DNA of 64,000 nt from Brevinematales bacterium. GTDB lineage: Bacteria; Spirochaetota; Brevinematia; Brevinematales; JAOACQ01. Below are positions 1-7,463 of the stretch, piece by piece. The DNA lies in the NCBI GenBank assembly GCA_020052515.1, contig JAGVOW010000080.1:7993-71992 (forward strand), read 5' to 3'. A model generated the notes under the pieces. The model ran no database searches. It was not told the DNA's origin and saw only the letters and a program-made list of their open reading frames with translations. The stretch's first letter is position 1. Each line of letters starts with the position of its first letter. The translations under genes and the position numbers were made by a program.

Positions 1-2
1 AT

Positions 3-308
3 GTGGTTGATGCTTATTTAGCAATTATTAACTATTCATTAAAGCACAGTTTTCAGTATGAGGTTTTTGAAATTGGCAGTGGGATAAGTAATGAAATTAG
101 ATATTTTAGCGAAATGGTAAAAAGGATTTCTGGAAGCGAAACACTTCTAAATTATGGGGTAATTCCATATCGTAGCGATGAGATTATGGAATCTAAGGCG
201 GACACAAAGAAAATATCTGATCTTGACTGGAGTCCAAAAGTTAATATTGAAGAGGGAATAAGAAGAATTATTTCAGTTTATCAAGAGGAAGATCATGCGA
301 AATGCTAA
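3..308 (+). CDS. 3' fragment of a nucleotide-sugar epimerase/dehydratase-like (SDR) gene; 5' end lies off-window
   Basis: Open from the window edge. The tail KISDLDWSPKVNIEEGIRRII resembles C-termini of NAD-dependent sugar epimerases/dehydratases. 14-nt overlap with the downstream GT2 gene. Confidence 0.45.
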   Translation: MVDAYLAIINYSLKHSFQYEVFEIGSGISNEIRYFSEMVKRISGSETLLNYGVIPYRSDEIMESKADTKKISDLDWSPKVNIEEGIRRIISVYQEEDHAKC

Positions 309-1302
309 ATTACTGACCATTGGAATTCCAACTTATAATGGTTCTAAATTTATTAAACAGGCAATTGATAGTATTATTAATCAATTTGACGGAAAGATCG
401 AAAAAGAAATTGAAATCCTGGTTTCTGACAATGCCTCCACTGATTTAACGAACCAGATTATGAAAGAGTATCAAAAACTTTATCCGGATTTTATTTCGTA
501 TTATGTCAATGAAATAAATGTTGGTTATGATAAAAATGTAGATCTTTTATTTCAAAGGGCAAAAGGTCGTTTTGTGAAAATTTTAGGAGATGATGATTAT
601 TTATTACCCGAGTCATTGAAGAGGATTTATGGATATTTACATGAAAATACAAATATTTCAATCTTGTTGCAGAATATTATTTGTTTAGATATAAAAAATA
701 ACGAGTTAATCAATAATAATAACTTAGTTTCTGGTTTATATGATGGAAACCAATTTTTAGAAAGAAGTTTTTGGAACACATCTCCTGTCTCCTCACTAAC
801 TTTTAATAAAGATTTGTGGAAAAGTATAGATGTGAAAAAGTATTATGGAACTCAATGGATACATATTGGGGCTATGATTCATATATTAGCATTAAAACCA
901 AAAGCATATATAGATTCAATTACAGGAATTGTTGTTAGAGTTAGCAACAATAGATGGGAAGGGCATTTTGGAAACCAACTGAAAGTTGGGTTAATTCATT
1001 TATCAATTTTATCAGAAATTAAAAATTTGAATTTTGAGCGAAAAATATTTAACAAATTTTGTTTAAATCGTTTTAGCAATAACTTAAATGATATAAAAGG
1101 AATGTGCCCTCGAAAAATTCAGGAAAAAATAGAAGTATTTGTTTTAATGGTTCGTTTTTTTTGGAAGTATCCACAATTCTGGTTCATACATATACCTTGG
1201 TTATTTCTCTTCATACCATTAAAGAATCTTCTAAAGGGATTTTTCTCCTTTCTGAGATATATTTCTCGTCAAATAAAACATGGATTATTTAAATGTTTTT
1301 GA
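295..1302 (+). CDS. Family 2 glycosyltransferase (GT-A fold)
   Basis: N-terminal LTIGIPTYNGSKFIKQAIDSIINQ ... ILVSDNASTDLT ... GDDDYL is the classic GT2 signature. Hydrophobic C-terminus. Confidence 0.8.
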   Translation: MRNAKLLTIGIPTYNGSKFIKQAIDSIINQFDGKIEKEIEILVSDNASTDLTNQIMKEYQKLYPDFISYYVNEINVGYDKNVDLLFQRAKGRFVKILGDDDYLLPESLKRIYGYLHENTNISILLQNIICLDIKNNELINNNNLVSGLYDGNQFLERSFWNTSPVSSLTFNKDLWKSIDVKKYYGTQWIHIGAMIHILALKPKAYIDSITGIVVRVSNNRWEGHFGNQLKVGLIHLSILSEIKNLNFERKIFNKFCLNRFSNNLNDIKGMCPRKIQEKIEVFVLMVRFFWKYPQFWFIHIPWLFLFIPLKNLLKGFFSFLRYISRQIKHGLFKCF

Positions 1303-2760
1303 CCTAACCAAACTCTTTTTCATATAAGATAAGATAGCCTTAATAAATTTTGGAGATATTTGGAGAATCGCGTTATAAATAGTCCCTTTGGAAAAATAAC
1401 TTCCATTAATCGCGTATTTAATAATAGCCGGTATCATATCAAACTGATGAATAAATCCAGATAAAGAAAATATTTTTTTAAACGCGATAGAATTAATTAC
1501 TCTCTTTTTATAATTAAGCAATTTTTCTATACTATGCTCAACAGTAAAAATCGGTGTTTGCTGACCGGTTAACCAATAGCTATCATCTATTAATCCATGT
1601 TTCTTAGCTATATCGTAGATTTCAGTGCCTGGATAAGTGAGAATCACTCCTATCTCATCAAAATAGATGTACTTAATTTTTTGAATACTTTTCACAAATC
1701 TTATGGTTTCTCTAATCGTATCATCATTTTCGCCATACAATCCAATAATTAAAAAGGTTGTGACTTCTATTTTTGAATTTTTTAAAACTTTCATTGTTTT
1801 AACTACATCTTCTCTTAAAATTTTTTTATGGCAAGTGTCCAGTATTTTTTTTGACCCGGATTCTAACCCAAACAAAATATGCATAAAACCAGCTTTTTCT
1901 AAAGCATCAGCTAACTCTTTTGTAAATGGTTTAAATCTTCCACTGCAAATAAATTTCTTCTTAATTCCTCTTCTGACAATATCATTACATATCTCAATCG
2001 CACGGTCATTTTTTAAAAAGAAATTATCATCATGAATCCATATTGTTGTTAATTGGGGAAATTTCTTTACCATATATTCGATTTCATCTACAACATTTTT
2101 CGATGACCTATATCTAACATTTTGTTGTGAAATGCTATCCAATACACAAAAACTACATTTAAAAGGGCATCCTCTACTTGTCAATAAATTTCCCAATGTC
2201 CGGTTTTGAGAGAAAAATATTTCATGTTTTGGAAAGGGCAATTTGTCTAAATTTTCAATCAATTTCCGATTTTCTGTTTTGACTACTTTTCCATTATTTA
2301 TATACGCTATCCCATTAACAGAAGATATACTTTCTTTTTTTGAAAACTTATCCATTAATTCTCTAATAGTTTCTTCACCTTCACCTAAAACAGCGATTAA
2401 AAATGGATATTTCTTTAAAATCTGTTGGTACATCAAAGTTGTATGAATTCCACCAATTACTATTTTTACATCTTTTTTAATATCATAAACATATTCAATA
2501 ATCTCAAAACTACTAATTCGATTTGGCGTTAATATATTAAACCCAATCACATCTGCTTGAAATAATTCCAATTTTTGCTTAATTATATTAAAACAATTTT
2601 CATAAGGATAATCATTTAAAAACAAAGTTTCAACCTCATGATTGTATTGTTCCAGGTAAGAATGAAGATATGCTAAACCCAGTGGGTAATGAGAATTATC
2701 TTGAACTGCACTATTACGATGGGAATCCTCAAAAGATGTAGTTATTAAAAGAGTTTTCAC
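1285..2760 (-). CDS. B12-binding-domain radical SAM enzyme (class B-like)
   Basis: N-terminal cobalamin-binding-like segment (DVIGFNILT...VKIVIGGIHTT) followed by SRGCPFKCSFC (CxxxCxxC radical-SAM cluster). Converges on GT2 with an 18-nt 3' overlap. Confidence 0.8.
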   Translation of the reverse strand: MKTLLITTSFEDSHRNSAVQDNSHYPLGLAYLHSYLEQYNHEVETLFLNDYPYENCFNIIKQKLELFQADVIGFNILTPNRISSFEIIEYVYDIKKDVKIVIGGIHTTLMYQQILKKYPFLIAVLGEGEETIRELMDKFSKKESISSVNGIAYINNGKVVKTENRKLIENLDKLPFPKHEIFFSQNRTLGNLLTSRGCPFKCSFCVLDSISQQNVRYRSSKNVVDEIEYMVKKFPQLTTIWIHDDNFFLKNDRAIEICNDIVRRGIKKKFICSGRFKPFTKELADALEKAGFMHILFGLESGSKKILDTCHKKILREDVVKTMKVLKNSKIEVTTFLIIGLYGENDDTIRETIRFVKSIQKIKYIYFDEIGVILTYPGTEIYDIAKKHGLIDDSYWLTGQQTPIFTVEHSIEKLLNYKKRVINSIAFKKIFSLSGFIHQFDMIPAIIKYAINGSYFSKGTIYNAILQISPKFIKAILSYMKKSLVRSKTFK

Positions 2761-2899
2761 TTTAATACTCCTACGAAAAAATCAATAGAATTAACCGAAA
2801 TCCCAATAGATTATATTATGAGCTAAGAAACTAAAAATCTCAAAAAAAGCAAAACAAACACGGGAATCCCCCTCTCACTTTTTTATTTCAAATTCATTA

Positions 2900-3127
2900 T
2901 CAACAACCATAAACCAATATGCCGGATTTTTGTAATTCTTCCAGAAAGCCGCTTTTATCATTCTTTTCATTCAGAAGTATCGGTTCAATGCGGTCATCAA
3001 TGTCGCTTGCTGGCTTTGGGTTGCCGTATGCGTAAGAACCATATAGAATCACTTTCTTAATTTCCATAAGCCCTGCCGCGAGTTCAGCATATTTTTTAAC
3101 TATTGCGATAACTGCTTCTTTATCCAT
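2900..3127 (-). pseudogene. Minimal nucleotidyltransferase (MNT-type antitoxin-like), apparently internally deleted
   Basis: KKVILYGSYAYGNPKPASDID is the GS-x(n)-DxD NTase motif, but it runs straight into a C-terminal-like IEPILL...ELQKSGILVY. Only 75 aa; roughly 30 aa between the motif and the tail seem to be missing. AGGAG RBS retained. Confidence 0.5.
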
Positions 3128-3272
3128 GAAAACAACTCCTCCGATTTATGTTAAATATCTGGCACATAAAACCGACATAAAGATAGCGTCCACTTTCCAG
3201 CATAGCGGCGGCTGTCTCCATATCATACTCGGATATGTCTATCCAATATTCAACCTTCTCAAATTTAGTCAT
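3120..3272 (-). pseudogene. N-terminal fragment of a HEPN-domain protein (50 codons; not in the supplied ORF track)
   Basis: My translation is MTKFEKVEYWIDISEYDMETAAAMLESGRYLYVGFMCQ|IFNINRRSCFHG*. The first 38 aa match the HEPN helix 1-2 pattern (W..A..D...A..L...G.Y....F.C.Q). The expected QA.EK..K continuation is absent. AGGAGG RBS lies upstream, and the stop overlaps the NTase start. Confidence 0.45.
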
Positions 3273-3451
3273 TTAGCCTCCTGATATAATTTTTCATATT
3301 CTAACAAATAAAACAGAAATTCTCCAATTTTGAGAAAGTAAAGCCCACAAAACACACGAAAGGACACTAAACTTTTCTTTAATCCGCGCCATCCATGTGG
3401 AATTGAGTTTAAAATTCTGTCTCGCAAAGACGCGAAGTACAGGCGCTTCCC

Positions 3452-3745
3452 TTACTCATGCATTAGAAAATCTGTTTGATAAGAAACTATTTTGTCGGGA
3501 TGAAAACTTTCGACTAGATTATAGACATTGGCCAGAACACTTTGCAGATAACCAGAATCATTGGAAACCACCGTGACAGCGAGCCTGGCGCGGGGAGAGA
3601 TTTCTTCCTCATTGTCCACTTCCGCGATGGAAACATTAAACTTCTTGCGTACCATGTCTTTGATGCTTCGCAGTACATTCCGCCGTTCTTTAATTGTCTC
3701 CCGGTAAGGGATAGAAAGGTCAATGGTTAAAATACCGATAAACAT
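3452..3745 (-). CDS. DUF503 (YlxP-like) protein
   Basis: MFIGILTIDLSIP..TIKERRNVLRSIKDMVRKKFNVSIAEVDN matches the DUF503 pattern (SLKEKR...FNVSVAEV). Confidence 0.7.
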   Translation of the reverse strand: MFIGILTIDLSIPYRETIKERRNVLRSIKDMVRKKFNVSIAEVDNEEEISPRARLAVTVVSNDSGYLQSVLANVYNLVESFHPDKIVSYQTDFLMHE

Positions 3746-4356
3746 CAGTCACTTCCAACATGAAAAGTTCTTCTATGATAGGGAGAGTAGCCATATTTGT
3801 GAATCGCTTCCCGATGGGCCTTTGTAGGATAGCCTTTATTTTGATTCCAGCCATAGTCTGGATATTCCTGATGAAGGCCTTCCATTAAGCGGTCCCGGTA
3901 AACCTTCGCGACAATAGAAGCCGCCGCGATGGAGAAGCTTTTTTGATCGCCTTTGATAATAGATTGAGATGGGACAGGTAAATCTAAACGAACCGCGTCA
4001 ATCAAAACAAAATCCGGCTTTTGAGAAAGGGCCTCAAAGGCTTTTTTCATTGAAAGCCTGGAGGCCTGAAAAATATTGATCCGATCGATTGTCTGATGGT
4101 CTACCACGCCTATCGCGTAGCAGACCGCTTTATCCAGAATCTGGCTGTAAAGCCTCTCTCTTTTAGACGCTGTCAGGGCTTTGGAATCATAAACCCCTTC
4201 AATTATGCAGAAAGGCTCAAAAGCGACACAGGCAGAAACAACAGGCCCGGCAAGGGGTCCCCTGCCCGCTTCATCTATTCCCGCCACACAACGAAAGCCC
4301 TTTTCCCAGAGACTTCGTTCAAAAGTTAGGATTTCTTCTACGGCGGGAATAGCCAT
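3745..4356 (-). CDS. rnhB: Ribonuclease HII
   Basis: GIDEAGRGPLAGPVV catalytic motif. Length is about 200 aa. Confidence 0.9.
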   Translation of the reverse strand: MAIPAVEEILTFERSLWEKGFRCVAGIDEAGRGPLAGPVVSACVAFEPFCIIEGVYDSKALTASKRERLYSQILDKAVCYAIGVVDHQTIDRINIFQASRLSMKKAFEALSQKPDFVLIDAVRLDLPVPSQSIIKGDQKSFSIAAASIVAKVYRDRLMEGLHQEYPDYGWNQNKGYPTKAHREAIHKYGYSPYHRRTFHVGSD

Positions 4357-4361
4357 AAGCG

Positions 4362-4841
4362 CTATACTTTTTCAGTAACCACAGCGGAACGGCCGAAGCG
4401 CCCGCGCAGATAATACAGTTTTGCCCTTCTCACTCTTCCTTTGCGGATTATTTCCACTTTTTCAACATAAGGAGAATGAAAAGGAAATACTCTCTCAATA
4501 GCCACATTATGACTGATTTTTCTGACCATAAAACTCTTGCGGATACCGCCATGCCGGATTGCCATTACAACGCCCTCAAAGGGCTGCAATCTTTGTTTGT
4601 CGCCTTCCACAATCTTGACATAAACTTTCACTGTATCCCCTGATTCGAAAGCCGGGAATTTCGCCGCGCTGCTTTTTCCCTCTGCCAGGAGGGCTTCTTC
4701 CACATTCTCTATGGTATTTCTCATCTTTTTCGGCTTCGGCGCGGCTTCTACGGCCTTTTCCTGTTTAGCCTCAGAAACTGTATTTTCTGTATCCTTCGCT
4801 TCAACAGCCGCTTCTTCTGTCTTTTGAATTTCTTCGGGCAT
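4362..4841 (-). CDS. rplS: 50S ribosomal protein L19 with a possible 39-aa acidic N-terminal extension
   Basis: FESGDTVKV...RLQPFEGVV...KLYYLR. AAGGAG lies 8 nt upstream of the ATG at 4841. The canonical L19 N-terminus aligns to the internal Met at 4724, which lacks a clear SD. Confidence 0.9.
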   Translation of the reverse strand: MPEEIQKTEEAAVEAKDTENTVSEAKQEKAVEAAPKPKKMRNTIENVEEALLAEGKSSAAKFPAFESGDTVKVYVKIVEGDKQRLQPFEGVVMAIRHGGIRKSFMVRKISHNVAIERVFPFHSPYVEKVEIIRKGRVRRAKLYYLRGRFGRSAVVTEKV

Positions 4842-5631
4842 TTTTCCACTCCTTTGAAATATTTTCTATGTCTCTTAAATAATCCCTTAAGGATTTATTC
4901 TTTCTCAGCCATATTTTCAAAATATTCCGGGTCTCTTTCACATCCGCCGGATAATCATAATCCAACAATAAATCCGGACGGTTGAAATAGGTTTTTCGTA
5001 TACCGCTCTTTAAACGAAACTCATCTATCTTTTTATGATCACCACCCCTTAAAACTTCAGGAACCTTCATTCCATTATACTCCAACGGCTTCGTATAATG
5101 ATCATATTCCAGAAGGCCCTTTTCAAAACTCTCTTCATCAGCCGATTCCGTTTTGATGGCCCCTTCTATAAAGCGGGAAACCGTGTCCAGAAGCACCAGG
5201 GCCGGCAATTCCCCACCGGTCAAAACATAGTCGCCTATGGAAATTTCTTCATCCACAATGCTTTCTACGATCCGCGCATCCATCCCTTCATAACGCGCGG
5301 CTATTAAAATCAAGCTTTTCTCTCTCGAGAGTTGCCGGGCTTTTTTATGATCCAGCTTTTTTCCCTGGGGAGTTAAAAAAATCACTTTGCTCTGCGGATG
5401 ATCTTTTTTAATTTTTTCGGCTGCTTGAAAAACAGGTTCCGGCCGAAAAAGCATCCCTTTCCCATACCCAAAAATAGTGTCGTCTATCTGGCCATAACGA
5501 TTTAAAGCAAAATCCCGAAGATTATGCGTTTCTACTTCAATACGTTTTTCCGCGATAGCCCGGGAAAGTATACCCACATCCAGATAACCCTTTACCATCT
5601 GCGGAAATAATGTAATAATATGAAATACCAC
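4801..5631 (-). CDS. trmD: tRNA (guanine37-N1)-methyltransferase
   Basis: MVFHIITLFPQM ... YVLTGGELPALVLLD. rimM-trmD-rplS synteny. The C-terminal tail overlaps the rplS start by 41 nt. Confidence 0.9.
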   Translation of the reverse strand: MVFHIITLFPQMVKGYLDVGILSRAIAEKRIEVETHNLRDFALNRYGQIDDTIFGYGKGMLFRPEPVFQAAEKIKKDHPQSKVIFLTPQGKKLDHKKARQLSREKSLILIAARYEGMDARIVESIVDEEISIGDYVLTGGELPALVLLDTVSRFIEGAIKTESADEESFEKGLLEYDHYTKPLEYNGMKVPEVLRGGDHKKIDEFRLKSGIRKTYFNRPDLLLDYDYPADVKETRNILKIWLRKNKSLRDYLRDIENISKEWKNARRNSKDRRSGC

Positions 5632-5641
5632 GCAAGCTCTC

Positions 5642-6142
5642 TTAGAATAATCTTTCTATTTCCTTTAACACAACCCGCTTTTCTTTGATTTCCACTTTCA
5701 CAACATATTCACCGCTAAACGGCACTGCCAGAGATTTCCCGTTATCCAACTGAATCAGAAGCAGATTTCTACCGGCGGCCTCAAAAACATTGTGTATCTT
5801 TCCAATTTTCTTTTCATACTGAAAAACTTCCAGGTCCAGCAAATCTTTTAAATAAAAGTTGTTCCCTTTCAAATTGGGCAATTCTTCCTCTTTTACAAAA
5901 ACCTCTGTGCCTTTCAGAGCTTCGGCTCCATCTCTATCGCTAAAACCCGACACAGAAAGAATCGCTTCTCCGCCCCGTAAGCTGATCAAATCAAATTTTA
6001 TCTCTTGATAAAGAGACTGCCTCTTTATATAAAAGTGAGAAAAACTCTTTAAATCCTCATCCTTATCAATATAAAACTGCGCTTTTATCTGGCCCTTAAG
6101 GCCATAAGGCTTATGCAGCCTGCCAATCAGCAGAAATTCCAA
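5642..6142 (-). CDS. rimM: 16S rRNA processing protein RimM
   Basis: GRLHKPYGLKGQIK N-terminal barrel motif and a PRC-like C-terminus. rpsP-rimM-trmD synteny. Confidence 0.85.
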   Translation of the reverse strand: MEFLLIGRLHKPYGLKGQIKAQFYIDKDEDLKSFSHFYIKRQSLYQEIKFDLISLRGGEAILSVSGFSDRDGAEALKGTEVFVKEEELPNLKGNNFYLKDLLDLEVFQYEKKIGKIHNVFEAAGRNLLLIQLDNGKSLAVPFSGEYVVKVEIKEKRVVLKEIERLF

Positions 6143-6157
6143 AGGCCCGCTCCTTAC

Positions 6158-6424
6158 TTAGTTAGCCGCTTCGCTTATCGGGCCGGATTTTCTCAGCTTT
6201 TTCGCGATACTCTTGACTATGCCGCTTACTTTAGCTCCCTTTGAAAGCCAATCTTCATACCTTACAAAATCAAGCTTAAATTGATTTTGCTTTTCAATAG
6301 GCTGATAATAACCCAAAGTCTCTAAACAAGCACCGTCACGAGGAGCCCTGCTGTCCAATACAACAATCCGGTAATAAGGTCTTTTTGTTTTACCAATCCT
6401 TTTCAATCGAATATGCGCTGCCAA
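6158..6424 (-). CDS. rpsP: 30S ribosomal protein S16
   Basis: IRLKRIGKTKRPYYRIVV signature. Confidence 0.95.
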   Translation of the reverse strand: MAAHIRLKRIGKTKRPYYRIVVLDSRAPRDGACLETLGYYQPIEKQNQFKLDFVRYEDWLSKGAKVSGIVKSIAKKLRKSGPISEAAN

Positions 6425-6455
6425 AAGAGTCCTCCCCTATAAAAATTATTTCAAT

Positions 6456-6484
6456 ATTTTAAAATCAAATCTTATCTTTGTCAA
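6456..6484 (-). promoter_or_regulatory. Predicted sigma70-type promoter of the rpsP operon (TTGACA-17-TAAAAT)
   Basis: Minus strand reads TTGACA aagataagatttgattt TAAAAT, about 30 nt upstream of the rpsP ATG. Confidence 0.5.
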
Positions 6485-6516
6485 ATGAACAGGGAGTTCA
6501 AAAAACTATTTTTTTT

Positions 6517-6545
6517 TTGACACAGAATGAAAAATAAGTTAAAAT
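6517..6545 (+). promoter_or_regulatory. Predicted sigma70-type promoter for tRNA-Phe/rpmH (TTGACA-17-TAAAAT)
   Basis: TTGACA cagaatgaaaaataagt TAAAAT ends 15 nt before the tRNA 5' end and is preceded by a T-tract. Confidence 0.55.
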
Positions 6546-6560
6546 ATTAGCCTGTTTGAT

Positions 6561-6633
<73 letters not shown>

Positions 6634-6654
6634 TTTTTTTTATAGGAGAAATTT

Positions 6655-6798
6655 ATGAAAAGGACATATCAACCCAGTAAAATCAAAAGGGCAAGGAAAC
6701 ATGGCTTCCGCAGTAGAATGAAATCCAAAGACGGAAGGGCGCTCCTCGCCAGAAGACGCGCAAAGGGCAGAAAGAAACTTACTGTTTCTGATGAATAA
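6655..6798 (+). CDS. rpmH: 50S ribosomal protein L34 (47 aa; below the ORF-track cutoff)
   Basis: My translation is [55 protein letters not shown]. Followed by rnpA. Confidence 0.9.
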   Translation: MKRTYQPSKIKRARKHGFRSRMKSKDGRALLARRRAKGRKKLTVSDE

Positions 6799-7147
6799 AC
6801 CTTTCGGCTTCTCAAAAGCAGAAAGGATTCGCAAAAAATATGAATTTGAGAATCTTTATCATCAAGGGTCTTGTTATAACTCTTCTTTATACCGGGTGTT
6901 TTATTCCCTTTCAAATGTCTTCCGTTTAGGAATAGCCATTCCGAAGCGTTTAGGAAACGCTGTTTTCCGAAATCATCAAAAAAGAATACTGAGAGAATTT
7001 TTTAGAAAAGAAAAGGTGAATTTTGCTGCGCCCTTAGATTTGATCTTTGTCCTGAAAAGAAGGCCTGAAAAGGAATCCCAGCAAAAAGAAATTCAAAGGA
7101 TATTTCAATGGCTTTCCCAATCCAAAAGCTCTTCCGAAAAGTATTGA
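6791..7147 (+). CDS. rnpA: RNase P protein component
   Basis: Basic 118-aa protein with the [13 protein letters not shown] start. rpmH-rnpA-yidD synteny. Overlaps the rpmH stop. Confidence 0.85.
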   Translation: MNKPFGFSKAERIRKKYEFENLYHQGSCYNSSLYRVFYSLSNVFRLGIAIPKRLGNAVFRNHQKRILREFFRKEKVNFAAPLDLIFVLKRRPEKESQQKEIQRIFQWLSQSKSSSEKY

Positions 7148-7410
7148 CTTTCCCTATTTATCTCTACCAAAAATTGGTCTCTCCCCTTCTGCCAAAAAGC
7201 TGTATCTACCAACCATCATGTTCGAATTACACAAAGACAGCCATTGTTAAATTTGGTTTTCTCCGGGGAGTTTTGCTGGGATTTTTTAGACTTCTGCGCT
7301 GCAATAGTTTTTTATTCAAGGGGGGAGAAGATGCCCTTCCGGAAAAATTCCGTTTTTCAATTATATATTCCCCTTATCGAACTTATTGGCGCTTTAAAAG
7401 ACACAAATAA
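7108..7410 (+). CDS. yidD: Membrane protein insertion efficiency factor YidD
   Basis: YQKLVSPLLPKSCIYQPSCSNYTKTAI motif. Confidence 0.85.
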   Translation: MAFPIQKLFRKVLTFPIYLYQKLVSPLLPKSCIYQPSCSNYTKTAIVKFGFLRGVLLGFFRLLRCNSFLFKGGEDALPEKFRFSIIYSPYRTYWRFKRHK

Positions 7411-7463
7411 ATCCTGTGTGGACTTTTTTTGTTTCGCGTTTTATACTAAACAATGAGGTATCC

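Noticed and set aside
6640-6914. Minus-strand ORFs 6640..6834 and 6669..6914.
   Set aside because: They are antisense to rpmH and rnpA, whose identities are clear. Shadow ORFs.
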